Shown here: one piece after another, positions 18,933 through 29,534 of the stretch
Numbering within the stretch: position 1 is the stretch's first letter
Layout: the number at the start of each line of letters is the position of its first letter
Virus record (IMG/VR): IMGVR_UViG_3300050120_000210
Location: 1-64,000 of that record
Origin: a virus
DNA length: 64,000 bases
Strand: one strand, 5' to 3'
The notes under the pieces: model-generated
What the model saw: only the letters and a program-made list of their open reading frames with translations
What the model was told of the DNA's origin: nothing
The model's database searches: none
Made by a program: the position numbers and the translations under genes

Positions 18933-19858
18933 CTTGTCGGATCGAACTCGATCTCCGGCGTCCATTTGTGCTCGCACTTCGCGCACGCTGCATCAACGTG
19001 CTTGTCGATCCCGGCCGAGTTCAGTTCATCGAGTTTCTTTTCGATTTTCTTGACCCACGATTGCGACGTGTTGTTGATGAACTCCGAGATGTTGGCTCGG
19101 TCGGTCACAGCGCCGGTCGGCACTGCCACCGAGATCACGCACGACGAAATAGCGTCGATGTTGATCTTGCTCATTTTCCTGAAGCTCTCGTTCCGAGCAT
19201 CAGCCATGCGCTTGTTCGCGATTTCTTTCTCTTCAGCCGACGAACCGTCCTCGAAGAACACAGCAAGCTCGTCGGCCACGCCTTGCAGGCGTCGAGCCTC
19301 GTTGAAGCTCTCCATGGCTACCAGCGTGGCAGTTTCCAAGTTGTAGGGTCGAAGAGTGACGATGATGTCGTCGGACAGTCGAGCCTCGTTGACCGGATTG
19401 ATGAACGTCATGCGTCCCATCATCGACGGGAGGTGGCAATCGAACACGTTCTCATGCTTGCATTCCGGGCAGATGACTTCGACTTCCATGTTCTCACCGT
19501 AGGTCGCGGCGCGGATGGCGAGAAGGATCACATCGAGATCGGGCGTACTGATGAGGCGCGGGCGGCGGATTGAGGGAACGCACGAGCGAACCAGTTCTTC
19601 CAGAGCCATCCCGCTCATCAGAGCATCCGGTGAACGAAGCAGCAGTTCGTCGGCCGCCTTCATCGGGAAAACCGGTACGTCACCGGCTAGAGTCGGATCG
19701 TAATCTTCTTTCGGCAGAAAGGCTCCCCGCGTCGGCAACGGAACGTGCAATCCCGGCATACGGAAGTAGCCCGCCAGTGGGTTCGAGGAAGCAGCAACCG
19801 GGACGGGTCGGAACAGTTCGGCCTCATTGAAATCGTCTTCGGGAATCTGGTTGGTCAT
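18911..19858 (-). CDS. gp26: Baseplate hub assembly protein, T4 gp26-like
   Basis: NPLAGYFR.P, PMKAADELLL, DLDVILLAIRAATYG, CPEC, C-terminal CAKC..FDPTSFF. Confidence 0.8.
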   Translation of the reverse strand: MTNQIPEDDFNEAELFRPVPVAASSNPLAGYFRMPGLHVPLPTRGAFLPKEDYDPTLAGDVPVFPMKAADELLLRSPDALMSGMALEELVRSCVPSIRRPRLISTPDLDVILLAIRAATYGENMEVEVICPECKHENVFDCHLPSMMGRMTFINPVNEARLSDDIIVTLRPYNLETATLVAMESFNEARRLQGVADELAVFFEDGSSAEEKEIANKRMADARNESFRKMSKINIDAISSCVISVAVPTGAVTDRANISEFINNTSQSWVKKIEKKLDELNSAGIDKHVDAACAKCEHKWTPEIEFDPTSFFDNGS

Positions 19859-19960
19859 GTAATTTCCATCAAGAGTGAGTAATGTGCGAGTATTTAGAGG
19901 CCCATTAACTCCTCAGTTTAAGCACATCCTAAATAAAGGACCATATCATTATTGTAGGTC

Positions 19961-22492
19961 ATGAGCGATATTTCAGCAGAGCAGATGGACGATCTGATTC
20001 AGGCGATGAGCAAGTCGGCTGGGTCACTCGGAAAGATCGCCGACAAGTTCGGAACTAGTAGTTCCGGCAAGGCGAATGCTCGCGATCAACTGCAAAAAGA
20101 CTTCACTGACGCTCGTAAAGAAGATACCAAGCAGACGAAGGATCACTTCGCGGCCATCAAGACGGCTACGTCGGCGGTCAAGACTTATGCCGCCAACATC
20201 CTTGAAATCGCCCTTGTCACTTCGGTCTTCAAGGAGATCATCAAATACGGCACCGAAACGGTAGAGACCTACCGTGACCTGAGTAATCATGGTCAGAGCT
20301 TCGGCGGCAGCATGATTAAGATGTCGCAGGCCGCTGCGTCGGCTGGTCTGCCGCTCAAGACGTTTGCCGAAGCCGTCCGCCACAACTCAGTCGTCTTCTC
20401 GCAGATGGGGCAATCTGGACCGGGTAGCTTCGCGTCTGTTTCCAAGCAGCTTCGTGTTCTCACGGAAAGCTCGGGTCTCTACGGCATGACCGTGAAGGAC
20501 TTGAACGACTTCGCGCTCGACTACATCGACATTCAACGAACGGCCGGTAAGAACGTCTCTGCCACCAGCGCCCAAGGCGTGGCCTCTATCGCAAAGTTCG
20601 CGCTGGGCATCACCGGCATCTCTGACGTGCTCGGCGCTGAGCGCGAAGTCGTGATGGCAAACACCAAGAAGCTGCTCCAAGAAGACACCGTCGTCGCAGC
20701 CCAACGTCTCAATACTGTCAACGGCATGGACGCCTACAACGAAGGTCTGAAGGCGGCCGTGGCCGACTTGGCGGCCCAACCCGGTAAGGGTGGCGAAATG
20801 CTCAGCCAAGGTCTGGCTGAAGCGTTCGGCAACACCGGCGGCGCCCTCTTCACCGACCTCGGCAAAAAACTGAACAGCGTTGGTCAAGGTGGCGCCACCA
20901 TGATCCTCGACGAAGCGAATCAGCGGATCAAAGCCGGTGAAGACGCACACGTCGTGGCCATGCAGACCGTGTCCAAGATGAAGGACGAGCTAACGAATCC
21001 GGCGACCATGGAAAGCCTGCGGATGCTCGCCTCGTTCGGTGGTCCCACGGCCGATACCGCCAAGCAACTCATCGGTATGGCGTCCAGTCTCAAGACCTAC
21101 AATATGCAAGACCTCAAGCGCGCTGAGCAAGCTCGCAAGACGGGTGATGGCTTCACTCAGATGTTTGAGAGCTTCACGAGCGTGATGGATCGCCTGAAGG
21201 GTTCGTTCCTTGATGGCTTCCTGAAGCCGTTCACGGTCTTGGGTAAGATCGATACCACACAGATTTTCAAAAATATCAATGACTTGGGTCCAGTTCTCGA
21301 AGAAATGGGCACCAAGTTCGGTGACTTCGTTTCCAAGCTGTTCACGAAGGAAAACCTAGACACGATGGTGGCGACCATCGGTGAAATTGTCACGCTCGGT
21401 CGGATCGCGGCTCGAACGGGCTCCTTCATTTTCTCGGCGCTGACCAAGGCCATCGGCTTTGTTCATGACAGCTTCATGATCTTCGGCAAGAAAACGGCTG
21501 ACATTGCCACGGGTCTGTCGGTTATCGCTGCATGGTTCTTGGGTAAGTTCTTCATCAAAGCTATCGTCAGTGGCCTTGGTCGCCTCCTTGGCATGGACAA
21601 GGTCGTCACTGTCTCTGGCCGAATTGTCAACGTCAACGGTGCAGTCACCGGCGGCGGTGGCGGCGGAAGTGGTGGCAATCTGTCCAAGGCCGAGAAGGCT
21701 GAAAAAGAAGCCGAAGAGATCAAAACTGCCGCGAAAGGCGCGAAAGCTGCCAAGGCCGTTGCGGCTGCCGAAGAGGCTGCTGCCGTCGCAGGTAAAGCGG
21801 GCGGTAAACTCGGTCTCCTCGGAAAAATGGGCGGGATGCTCGGTGCGCTTCCTCTGTTGGGAAACCTCGGAGGAATGGGCGGCAAACTCATGAGTGGTGG
21901 CGCCCGCCTTGGCGGTAAAGCATTGGGTCGTCTCGGTGGGATGTTGATCCCCGGCGTCGGCGCTGCATTGGACTTTGGTGCTGCGGCCAACGCACACAAA
22001 GAAGGCAATAATCTCGCCGCCGGTCTTTACGGTTTGGGTGGCGGCTTGAATGCGGCTGGCGCCGGATCGGCTCTCACCGGTATCGGTGCTGTAGCGACTC
22101 CATTCTTGGATATGGCTGGCTTCGCTGCCTCTGGCCTTGGCTTGGCGGCCGATGTCACTGGTTTCGGCAAGGGTTGGGGCAAAAAGAAGCCCACGACTGC
22201 TCCTGCTGAAGACGCGAATGCAGAAGGTGCGATGCCAAAGGACGCGGCCATGGCTGGCCCGACTGCTGCACCGACCGGCGGCGCTCCCAGCGTGGTCGAT
22301 GACGATAAACTGCTGCAACTTCGGACGGATGCATTGGTCGATGGCAACGACCAAACCATTGCCGAACTCAAGAAAATCCAAGAAGCTCTGGATCGTCACA
22401 CGGCCATTCTTGCTAGCCAACAAGCACGCAATACTGCGGCTGTTCAGGCGACGACTTCGGCCGTCAAAGCCACTGGGGGCTATGCGTCCTGA
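19961..22492 (+). CDS. Tape-measure-like protein
   Basis: 843 aa, Ala/Gly-rich and helical with hydrophobic segments; late promoter; between gp26 and portal. Confidence 0.6.
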   Translation: MSDISAEQMDDLIQAMSKSAGSLGKIADKFGTSSSGKANARDQLQKDFTDARKEDTKQTKDHFAAIKTATSAVKTYAANILEIALVTSVFKEIIKYGTETVETYRDLSNHGQSFGGSMIKMSQAAASAGLPLKTFAEAVRHNSVVFSQMGQSGPGSFASVSKQLRVLTESSGLYGMTVKDLNDFALDYIDIQRTAGKNVSATSAQGVASIAKFALGITGISDVLGAEREVVMANTKKLLQEDTVVAAQRLNTVNGMDAYNEGLKAAVADLAAQPGKGGEMLSQGLAEAFGNTGGALFTDLGKKLNSVGQGGATMILDEANQRIKAGEDAHVVAMQTVSKMKDELTNPATMESLRMLASFGGPTADTAKQLIGMASSLKTYNMQDLKRAEQARKTGDGFTQMFESFTSVMDRLKGSFLDGFLKPFTVLGKIDTTQIFKNINDLGPVLEEMGTKFGDFVSKLFTKENLDTMVATIGEIVTLGRIAARTGSFIFSALTKAIGFVHDSFMIFGKKTADIATGLSVIAAWFLGKFFIKAIVSGLGRLLGMDKVVTVSGRIVNVNGAVTGGGGGGSGGNLSKAEKAEKEAEEIKTAAKGAKAAKAVAAAEEAAAVAGKAGGKLGLLGKMGGMLGALPLLGNLGGMGGKLMSGGARLGGKALGRLGGMLIPGVGAALDFGAAANAHKEGNNLAAGLYGLGGGLNAAGAGSALTGIGAVATPFLDMAGFAASGLGLAADVTGFGKGWGKKKPTTAPAEDANAEGAMPKDAAMAGPTAAPTGGAPSVVDDDKLLQLRTDALVDGNDQTIAELKKIQEALDRHTAILASQQARNTAAVQATTSAVKATGGYAS

Positions 22493-22530
22493 CTAAATAA
22501 CATCGCACATATCCCGAAATTGGAGTTGCG

Positions 22531-24342
22531 ATGTCTTGGAAGAAACACTTCCGAATTGTGAATACTACCGCGCCCGGCGTCAGTTCTATGGCTGTCGGTT
22601 CCGCTGTGGACGAGAAAGCAAGCGCGGGCACTAGCTCGAAATACGCCAGCTATCTTCCCGAGGTTTACGCCGGGCACCCCAACCGAATCCAACGGTATTA
22701 TCAATACGATGACATGGACCGGGACAGCGATATCAACGCTGCGCTCGACACCATTGCTGACTTCTGCACGCAGTCTGAAGAGCAAAACGAAGAGCCCTTC
22801 GAAATCCTCTACAATGAGGAAGCGAACGAGACCGAAGTCACGCTTATCAAGACAAACTTGAAGCTCTGGGTCAAACTCAACGACTTCAAGCAACGCCTCT
22901 GGCACATTTTCCGTCAGACCGTGAAGAACGGTGACCAGTTCTTCTTGCGCGATCCCGAAACAGCCGAATGGCTGTGGATCGACCATTTCTCCGTGGAAAT
23001 GGTGAAGGTTGACGAGAGCGCAGGCAAGGAAGCCGACGAATACATCGTTCGTGGTCTAGATATCAATCGTCAGGCGAAGTTCGCAACGCGTTCGGCCGAT
23101 CCGTCGCAGTATCGCACACCGTTCGGCACCAGTCTCGTTCCGGGCAGTCGTCCGCAGCAAGGCGGCGGCGGTGGACAAGGTTCGAACGTCTTCCAAATGT
23201 CGGGCTCCAACCGCGATCCGCGCTCTGGTGCGGCCGGGCAGCAACTCACCGAACTCTCCGTGATCGATGCCGATCACATCATCCACTTGTCTCTGTCGGT
23301 GGGCATGGACATCAACTGGCCGTTCGGCGCCTCGATCCTCGAACCGATTTTCAAGACCTACAAGCAAAAGGAACTGCTTGAGGACTCGATCATCATCTAC
23401 CGCGTTCAACGCGCACCGGAACGCCGTATTTTCTACATCGACGTGGGCACGATGCCACCTATTCGCGCCAAAGCGCACATCGAGCAGATCAAGAACGAAA
23501 TCCACCAACGTCGCATCCCGAACCGCACCGGTGGTGGCTCGTCCATCATGGACGCCGCCTACAACCCGTTGACCATCGTCGAAGACTATTTCTTCGCACA
23601 ATCGGCCGAAGGTCGTGGGTCCAAGGTCGAAACTCTAGCCGGTGGCGATAATCTCGGCGAAATCGGTGACTTGACTTTCTTCACGAAGAAGATGGCTCGC
23701 GGCCTTCGTATCCCGTCGTCGTATCTGTCGCTCGGCGACGAGGAAGGCGGCGGTGGGGCTTCCTACAATGACGGCAAGCTGGGTGCGGCCGTGATCCAAG
23801 AGTTCCGCTTCAACAAGTATTGTATGCGACTTCAATCCTTGCTGGCTCCGCAGTTCGACAAGGACTTCAAGCGGTTCCTCAAGGCTAGCGGCATCGAAAT
23901 TGAGCAAAGCCTCTTTGAACTCAAGTTTAACCCGCCGCAGAATTTCACTAAATATCGTCAGATCGAACTCGATACTCAACAGGTCGGCGTTTACCAGCAA
24001 GTTGCTGACAACAAGAAGCTCGCAGAACGCTTCAAGTTTAAGCGATTCCTCAACCTCACGGAAGAGGAAATACTGGAAAACGAGCGTATGTGGTCGGAAG
24101 AAAATGCCGCGAAGCTCAAAAAAGCTGTCGGCAATACTCCCGCTGAGAGCGAGCCCGATGGCGATCTGTCGTCAGTTGGTATCCGTATGCCCGGAGATGA
24201 AGGGCTCGGAGACATGGGCGACTTGGATAACCCGGATGAGGCCGGGCCTGATGGCGGCGCCCCGCCTGATGGCGCCGCTCCTCCGGCTGGTGACCAAGGT
24301 GCGGCGGCTCCTCCGGCAGCGGGTGGGCAACCGCCCCTCTAA
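22531..24342 (+). CDS. gp20: Portal protein
   Basis: LLEDSIIIYRVQRAPERRIFYIDVG, EDYFFA..EGRGSKVETL.GG, GLRIPSSYL. Confidence 0.95.
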   Translation: MSWKKHFRIVNTTAPGVSSMAVGSAVDEKASAGTSSKYASYLPEVYAGHPNRIQRYYQYDDMDRDSDINAALDTIADFCTQSEEQNEEPFEILYNEEANETEVTLIKTNLKLWVKLNDFKQRLWHIFRQTVKNGDQFFLRDPETAEWLWIDHFSVEMVKVDESAGKEADEYIVRGLDINRQAKFATRSADPSQYRTPFGTSLVPGSRPQQGGGGGQGSNVFQMSGSNRDPRSGAAGQQLTELSVIDADHIIHLSLSVGMDINWPFGASILEPIFKTYKQKELLEDSIIIYRVQRAPERRIFYIDVGTMPPIRAKAHIEQIKNEIHQRRIPNRTGGGSSIMDAAYNPLTIVEDYFFAQSAEGRGSKVETLAGGDNLGEIGDLTFFTKKMARGLRIPSSYLSLGDEEGGGGASYNDGKLGAAVIQEFRFNKYCMRLQSLLAPQFDKDFKRFLKASGIEIEQSLFELKFNPPQNFTKYRQIELDTQQVGVYQQVADNKKLAERFKFKRFLNLTEEEILENERMWSEENAAKLKKAVGNTPAESEPDGDLSSVGIRMPGDEGLGDMGDLDNPDEAGPDGGAPPDGAAPPAGDQGAAAPPAAGGQPPL

Positions 24343-24354
24343 GGAGAGTATGAG

Positions 24355-24597
24355 ATGAAGATTTTCGAGTTCGACGCGACCAACGTTGCTACGGGTTACT
24401 ATGACCCGTCCAAGGACGAATACAACAAGCGCCACCTCGATGACACGCGTAAGCCTGTTCTGACGTTGGCCGCATTGAATCGTTTGAAGCGTATGCGTGC
24501 TCTTCGCAAGCTCGAAAAACTGAAGCGTCAAGACCTTCTGGGCGTCATGTATGCCGCACCGGAAGCTGACGCTGGCGGCGGAATGCCCGGCTTCTAA
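24355..24597 (+). CDS. Small head-associated protein
   Basis: DTRKPVLTL..LNRLKRMR; between portal and prohead genes. Confidence 0.65.
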   Translation: MKIFEFDATNVATGYYDPSKDEYNKRHLDDTRKPVLTLAALNRLKRMRALRKLEKLKRQDLLGVMYAAPEADAGGGMPGF

Positions 24598-24830
24598 GTC
24601 TCTACAAACGACCCGGCAATACTGAACAGCATAGCAAATGCGTCGGCCGGGTCGGTCGTTTCTAGCAGCACATATCCCGAAATCCCGCCACCTGTATCTC
24701 GCTCATCCGTCAATTCGGACGCGAACGAAATTGGCCGAGTTCTCAGTGTTTCGAGGAACTCGTTGAAATCATCCAAGAAGTTGTCGGGGTCAGAACAGGC
24801 CAAATTGGCCCTTATTCGAAATCTGCTCAC
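24594..24830 (-). CDS. Small protein on the opposite strand within the head module
   Basis: Own TAAATA at 24863; ends VLLETTDPADAFAMLFS. Confidence 0.5.
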   Translation of the reverse strand: MSRFRIRANLACSDPDNFLDDFNEFLETLRTRPISFASELTDERDTGGGISGYVLLETTDPADAFAMLFSIAGSFVET

Positions 24831-24933
24831 GAAAAATGCCAGTTTTTGCAGTTATCAAACAGTATTTACGCACGATTACTAAATACTTCACAGATGCTTG
24901 AGCGGCGTCGTAGCAATCATAGGGAGACTATCA

Positions 24934-25932
24934 ATGCGTTCTATTTTGGAAAAGGCTTTTGTTGCTCTGCTCAACGAAGAGCACGACAAAGCTGAAGAAC
25001 TGTTTCACAAGTTCATCGTCGAGCGGGCACGTCAGATTCACGAATCCAATCGTGCAGGCGACGATTACGTTCTGGACGAAAACTGGAACGACGAAATCAC
25101 GACCGAATCCTACTTCACCGAAGATGATCTGACCGACATCGAAGGCGAAGGCGAGGGTGAAGATCACGCCGAAGGCGGCGAAGAGATGGGCGGCGACGAG
25201 TTCGGTGCTGACGCTGCTGGTGAAGAACCGGCCGCAGACGAGTTCGGCGCTGAAGCCGGTGGCGAAGGCGACATGGACGGTATGGGCGAGCCCGACGAAC
25301 ATGCTGACGAAACCCCGGAAGAGCAGATCGAAGACCTGCGCGACCAACTCGAAAAGCTGACCGCAGAATTCGAAGCCATGATGGACGCCATCGGTGACGA
25401 AGGCGGCATGGACGACGGCGAAGACGCTGGTGAGTTCGGCGACGAGCCCAAGGACGATGAGTTCTCTGGCGCTGACGACACCGAAACCAACGACGAAATG
25501 GCCGACCACGTCGAAGACGACATGGACGACGCAGGCGAAAAGCCCGCCATGGAAAGCGACGAAGGCGACGAGGAATACGACGACATCACCGAGTCCATCA
25601 TTGATGAACTGGAAAAGGTCACTGTCTCCCTCGACGACGGCAAGGAAATCGGCACCGGCAAGGGTTTCACCCAGAACCGTGGCGCCGCCATCCCGCAGAA
25701 GAGCAAGGACGCCCGTCAGGGTGGTGCTCCGATCAAGGTGAAGCAAGACGCCCACAAGGGCTTCGAGCGTGAGACCGCCCCCGGCGTCGAAACCATGAAG
25801 CCCCGCCGCAACAACGTCTCCAAGGCCAACGCTGCTCTGAGCCGCGTGTCCAAGGAAGGCGACAAGTCGGCCGAGATCAACAAGCTGTCTTCGGAGAACG
25901 GCAACACCAAGTCGCCGCTCGAAGGTCAGTAA
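24934..25932 (+). CDS. Acidic prohead core protein
   Basis: Very D/E/G-rich; upstream of the prohead protease; late promoter 24880. Confidence 0.65.
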   Translation: MRSILEKAFVALLNEEHDKAEELFHKFIVERARQIHESNRAGDDYVLDENWNDEITTESYFTEDDLTDIEGEGEGEDHAEGGEEMGGDEFGADAAGEEPAADEFGAEAGGEGDMDGMGEPDEHADETPEEQIEDLRDQLEKLTAEFEAMMDAIGDEGGMDDGEDAGEFGDEPKDDEFSGADDTETNDEMADHVEDDMDDAGEKPAMESDEGDEEYDDITESIIDELEKVTVSLDDGKEIGTGKGFTQNRGAAIPQKSKDARQGGAPIKVKQDAHKGFERETAPGVETMKPRRNNVSKANAALSRVSKEGDKSAEINKLSSENGNTKSPLEGQ

Positions 25933-25964
25933 TACGAATTCGCTACTGAGTAAGGCACTGCAAC

Positions 25965-26600
25965 ATGTCCATGTTTCTTTCTGAACGTCTGACTTTCGAC
26001 CAAGCCCAGATCATCGTTGAATCGATGAACGAGGGTGAGGGCGATAACGCCAAGAAGAAACTGTTCATGTCCGGTGTCTTTATTCAGGGCGGCGTTCGCA
26101 ACCTGAACCAGCGTGTCTATCCCGTCCGTGAAATCTCAAAGGCTGTTGAAAACGTCAACGACATCCTCACCAAAGGTGAGAGTGTTCTTGGTGAACTCGA
26201 CCATCCCGAAGAACTGACGATCAATCTCGACCGTGTTTCCCACATGATTACTAAGATGTGGATGGACGGCAATACTGGGATGGGCAAGCTGCAAATTCTC
26301 CCGACCCCGCTCGGAGAAATCACCCGCACGTTGCTGGAAAGCGGCGTGAAGCTGGGAGTTTCGAGCCGTGGTTCGGGCAACGTCAACGATAGCGGCGAAG
26401 TCTCGGACTTCGAAATTATTACTGTCGATATCGTTGCACGCCCCAGCGCCCCCAATGCCTACCCGAAGCCGGTCTACGAAGCACGTAACAGTCGTCGTGG
26501 CGCCGTCATCGAAGACCTCGCCCGAGCGGTGTCGAATGATCCCAAGGCACAGAAGCATCTCCACAAGGAGCTTCTGACGTGGATCAACAACCTAAAGTAA
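25965..26600 (+). CDS. gp21: Prohead protease
   Basis: NLNQRVYP, GELDHP, LGVSSRGSG, DIVARPSAPNA. Confidence 0.95.
   Translation: MSMFLSERLTFDQAQIIVESMNEGEGDNAKKKLFMSGVFIQGGVRNLNQRVYPVREISKAVENVNDILTKGESVLGELDHPEELTINLDRVSHMITKMWMDGNTGMGKLQILPTPLGEITRTLLESGVKLGVSSRGSGNVNDSGEVSDFEIITVDIVARPSAPNAYPKPVYEARNSRRGAVIEDLARAVSNDPKAQKHLHKELLTWINNLK
26342..26395 (+). repeat. 54-nt direct repeat, copy 2 (inside the gp21 active-site region)
   Basis: 53/54 identical to 12505-12558. Confidence 0.95.
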
Positions 26601-26618
26601 CCAAAGGAGAATCATCCT

Positions 26619-27872
26619 ATGGATAAAACACTCGCTGAACTTCTTGAAAGCACCGGCCTCTCTTCGGAGATCGTCGAAAGCTTGCAGGAAGCCTTCGCTA
26701 AGAAGGTGGCCGAAGCCAACGAAGCGGCAGAAATGTCGATTCGTGAAGAGTTTGCTCGTCGTTATGAACACGACAAGAGCCAACTGGTTGAAGCCATGGA
26801 CCGTATGCTCACGGATGTGGTCACCAAGCAAGAAGAATCCAAGGCGGCAGAAGTGGCTCAATTCGTTGAAGCCCGTGATGCCTTCCGCACTGCTGTGTCG
26901 GAATCCCGCCAACACTACAAGACCAAGCTCAAGGAACATGTTGCACTTACTCGCAACTTCGCCGTTGAGCAACTGAGCAAGGAAGCTAGTGCTCTGCAAG
27001 CCGAGCGCCGTTCGATCAAGGAAGCCAAGATTCAAATCAAGGCCGAACTGAACAAGCTGCGTGAAGCCGCTGCAAAGCAACAGAACGACCGTCTGAAGAA
27101 GATTGATGAATTCGTTGTCCGTCAGGTCACGAAGGAACTCAAGGAATTCTCGGAAGATCACCGCGCTCTGGTCGAAACTCGCGTCAAGCTGGTTTCCGAA
27201 AGCCGTAACAAGCTGAAGGAAATGCAGACGAAGTTCATCAAGCACTCGGCCCTCAAGGTTGAGACGATGGTGAATGAGTCGCTGAAGCGCGAAATGACTC
27301 AGCTACACGAAGACCTCGAACGCAATCGCCAGAACATGTTCGGCCGTCGCATCTTCGAAGCCGTCGCTGCTGAATACATGACGAGCTACCTCGCCGAAGG
27401 AACGGAAGTCCGTAAACTGCAAACGATGCTGGAAGGCAAGTCTGCGGAACTGACCGATGTCAAGTCTAAGCTCAGCGAAGTTGAGCAAAAGACCGAAGTT
27501 GCACGCCGCAAGGCTGCACTGGCCGAGGATCGCGCCCTCCGTTCCCAAACCATGAGCGAGCTTCTGTCTAACCTTCGTGGTGACAAGCGCGCGGTCATGG
27601 AAGGCATGTTGGAGACTATCAAAACACCGAATCTCCGCACCGCCTTCACCAAACTCCTCCCGGTTGTTGTCAACGAGAACACCCGTACCCAAGCAGCTAC
27701 CCCCAACGGGGCAAAGAAGCTGATGGAGGAACGCGCCCCCGAAAAGCGTGTCGTCACCCATACCGGTGACCAACGCATCAACCGTCTTCACGAATCGGCT
27801 CAGGTCGAATCGGAAGTCGAAACCGATTCTGATCTGGCCCAAGTCGTTCGACTGGCCGGTATCCAGAAGTAA
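26619..27872 (+). CDS. gp22: Prohead scaffold protein, gp22-like
   Basis: Coiled coil, REEFARRYEHDK, FGRRIFEA; between protease and capsid. Confidence 0.8.
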   Translation: MDKTLAELLESTGLSSEIVESLQEAFAKKVAEANEAAEMSIREEFARRYEHDKSQLVEAMDRMLTDVVTKQEESKAAEVAQFVEARDAFRTAVSESRQHYKTKLKEHVALTRNFAVEQLSKEASALQAERRSIKEAKIQIKAELNKLREAAAKQQNDRLKKIDEFVVRQVTKELKEFSEDHRALVETRVKLVSESRNKLKEMQTKFIKHSALKVETMVNESLKREMTQLHEDLERNRQNMFGRRIFEAVAAEYMTSYLAEGTEVRKLQTMLEGKSAELTDVKSKLSEVEQKTEVARRKAALAEDRALRSQTMSELLSNLRGDKRAVMEGMLETIKTPNLRTAFTKLLPVVVNENTRTQAATPNGAKKLMEERAPEKRVVTHTGDQRINRLHESAQVESEVETDSDLAQVVRLAGIQK

Positions 27873-27892
27873 AAACAAGGAGTCATACTCAA

Positions 27893-29107
27893 ATGAATAA
27901 GCTTTTTGAATCTCAGTGGCAAGCCACTAAGAAGGCCCTGTGCGAAGGTGCAGACCTCAAGAAGAACGCAGACGGTTCGCCGAACACGACCAAGCAAAAG
28001 GTCATGGAAACGGTTCTCGAAAACACCCGTCGTGAACTGAAGCTGCTGGAATCGGCCACCGCCGGTGCCACCAACGCCGCTTCCGTTGCAACCCTGAACA
28101 AGGTCATCCTGCCGGTCATCCGCCGTGTCATGCCGACCGTGATCGCGAACGAAATCATCGGCGTTCAGCCGATGACCGGCCCGGTCGCTCAAATCCACAC
28201 CCTGCGCGTCCGTTACGCTGATACCGTTCCGACCGCTGGTGGTGGTGTTTCGGCTGGTAACGAAGCCCTGTCGCCGTTCGACATCGCCCGTTTCTACTCG
28301 GGTAACGAGAACGTCAACACCCCCAAGGCTGCTGCTACGCCTGCTCTGGAAGGTCGTCCGGGTAACCGCATGTCCATCCAAATCCTGAAGGAAGTCGTCG
28401 AAGCCAAGACCCGCAAGCTCTCCGCTCGCTGGACCTTCGAAGCCGCTCAGGACGCCCAAGCTCAGCAGGGCATCGACATCGAAGCCGAAATCATGGCCGC
28501 ACTGGCTCAGGAAATCACCGCAGAAATCGACCAAGAAATCTTGGTTTCCCTGCGTGCTCTTCCGGGTGCAGCTACTTCGACCTTCAAGCAGGACGACGTG
28601 TCCGGCACCCCGACCTTCGTCGGCGACGTGCACGCTGCTCTGGCCATCCTGATTAACCGTCAGGCCAACCTCATCGCTTCGCGCACCCGTCGCGGCGCCG
28701 GTAACTGGGTTGTCGTCTCCCCGACTGCACTCACGATCCTGCAATCCGCAACGACCTCCGCTTTCGCTCGCACGACCGAAGGCGTGTTCGAGGCTCCGAC
28801 CAACACCAAGTTCGTCGGCACCCTGAACAACTCGATGCGCGTTTACGTTGACCAGTATGCATCCGACGCGACTCCGGTCCTCGTCGGCTACAAGGGCAAC
28901 GAAATGGACGCAGCGGCATTCTACTGCCCCTACGTTCCGCTGACCTCTTCCGGCGTCGTCATCGACCCGAACACGATGGAACCCGTCGTGTCGTTCATGA
29001 CTCGTTACGGCTACATCGAACTGTCCAACACTGCGTCGTCGCTCGGCAACGCAGCGGACTTCCTCGGTCTGGTTGCTATCGACACCGCCACCCTGTCGTT
29101 CATCTAA
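27893..29107 (+). CDS. gp23: Major capsid protein
   Basis: IRRVMPTVIANEIIGVQPMTGP, KTRKLSARWTFEAAQD, AFYCPYVPL, TRYG. Confidence 0.97.
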   Translation: MNKLFESQWQATKKALCEGADLKKNADGSPNTTKQKVMETVLENTRRELKLLESATAGATNAASVATLNKVILPVIRRVMPTVIANEIIGVQPMTGPVAQIHTLRVRYADTVPTAGGGVSAGNEALSPFDIARFYSGNENVNTPKAAATPALEGRPGNRMSIQILKEVVEAKTRKLSARWTFEAAQDAQAQQGIDIEAEIMAALAQEITAEIDQEILVSLRALPGAATSTFKQDDVSGTPTFVGDVHAALAILINRQANLIASRTRRGAGNWVVVSPTALTILQSATTSAFARTTEGVFEAPTNTKFVGTLNNSMRVYVDQYASDATPVLVGYKGNEMDAAAFYCPYVPLTSSGVVIDPNTMEPVVSFMTRYGYIELSNTASSLGNAADFLGLVAIDTATLSFI

Positions 29108-29139
29108 GCTTCGGCTTAGGGACCACGGACCCAAAGAGA

Positions 29140-29170
29140 CCCCCGCAGGAAACTGCGGGGGTTTTTCTTT
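29140..29170 (+). terminator. Rho-independent terminator after the capsid gene
   Basis: CCCCCGCAG-GAAA-CTGCGGGGG then a T-tract. Confidence 0.9.
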
Positions 29171-29534
29171 GTCGGGAACCACCCGATGCACCATGTGTTT
29201 ATCGGCCCATGGGCGTTAGTAACAATCAGCGTGTCATGCGGGAACCGCAAGGTGATCTGCAACCGGTCTCTGAAGAGGCGGCGAGCAACGACGTGGGTCT
29301 CACGCAGGAAGAACGTGACCTACTGAGCAGTATCATAGATGATGTTCTAGATATGCCGATACCCTCTTACGAAGTAGACATCGATAGCTTCGGCGGTCTC
29401 CCCAAACTCCGTTAGTCGATTTACGTTCCCTCAATTTTCAAATATTTTCAGCATCCCGGCATCTTGTTTTTCGTTGACGAGATTGATCGCTAGGGTAGAT
29501 TACAAGCTGAAGCTTTTTGACGGGAGGGTATATT

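Noticed and set aside
12505-26395. The 54-nt repeat as a diversity-generating retroelement TR/VR pair or a CRISPR spacer
   Set aside because: Only one mismatch despite many adenines; no reverse transcriptase, flanking repeats or cas genes in the window
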